A DNA stretch of 64,000 nt from Schmidtea nova (Eukaryota): the NCBI GenBank assembly GCA_044892505.1, contig CM097882.1, positions 145,080,001 to 145,144,000 of the forward strand, given 5' to 3'. This document shows positions 63,401 to 64,000 of the stretch, in pieces. The position numbers and the translations under genes were made by a program. Numbering within the stretch: the stretch's first letter is position 1; every line of letters starts with the position of its first letter. Under the pieces are notes generated by a model. The model was not told the DNA's origin, ran no database searches, and saw only the letters and a list, made by a program, of their open reading frames with translations.

Positions 63401-64000
63401 AAATTACATGATCATTCCTAATAGCCCAAGCACTATCAGAGAAATCTCAAATCACACGTCCAACAGAAATGAAATCATCAATATTGTCAATTCGTCAAAA
63501 AAAAATTCAAATCTCTCTCAACATTTTCATCTTATTGCGTTTTTGTCGCAAATGGCTGCAGTAAATCTGGCTCCTCTATGCCAACAACTATGGAAAAAAA
63601 AGGGTCATTATCATTGCGACCAACAAAATCGAGCATGTCCTCTCGTGCAGGACTCTTATCTGGATTTTGGAATAAATGGATTACTCTGTGAATATTGATC
63701 GTGATGTATTTTTGTTTTGGAAATTTTATTTATAATAAAAACTATTATTTCCGTATGAATTTTCTTTATTAAATGATAATAGTGGTTTAACAGATTTTTA
63801 AACGGAGACCAAGCGCAGTAGTTTTGTCACCCGTTTCCCTCATGTGATGGTAAACCTCATCGAAATAGTCAGTATAGTTGGGATGGACGCTATAAACTGC
63901 ATGTTTTCTTTTTACGATTTGTTCCTATACCTGCAAATTATTCAGAGAATGGTTATTTGTCGATACAAATAAAGAATAAAATTTATATAAAAAGTTTAAC

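Overview
AT-rich eukaryotic DNA, most likely from a dugesiid planarian. This rests on a 40/42 match to the Schmidtea spliced leader (SL) as I recall it, plus ~46-50 nt introns; four N-gaps are present. The only intact host gene is a cytoplasmic-type actin (15083-16261, minus strand, one 48-nt intron). The rest is nested mobile DNA: three Ty3/gypsy LTR retroelements (two full-length with target-site duplications, TSDs), three hAT elements, a mariner, a Tc1/IS630-like element and a small solo LTR. The main unexplained system is a diverged family of 1.5-5 kb elements with TG...CA ends and 4-bp TSDs that look like giant solo LTRs (E1 1616-5153, E2 5774-13939, E3 9567-12739, E4 17569-20054, E5 ~17307->21225, E6 21230-22695, E7 42351-45593; related B-type copies at 35.3-38.7 kb and 58.9-64 kb). 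Most carry a CCAAT/TATA promoter and one or two orphan ORFs that usually start just after a 3' splice acceptor. All end in a ~230-nt RNA module with covarying stems and GNRA loops. That module begins with an 18-nt segment complementary to the 5' end of the planarian SL. This suggests mobile elements that both use and physically recognise the host trans-splicing leader. Function is inference; no searches or folding programs were run.
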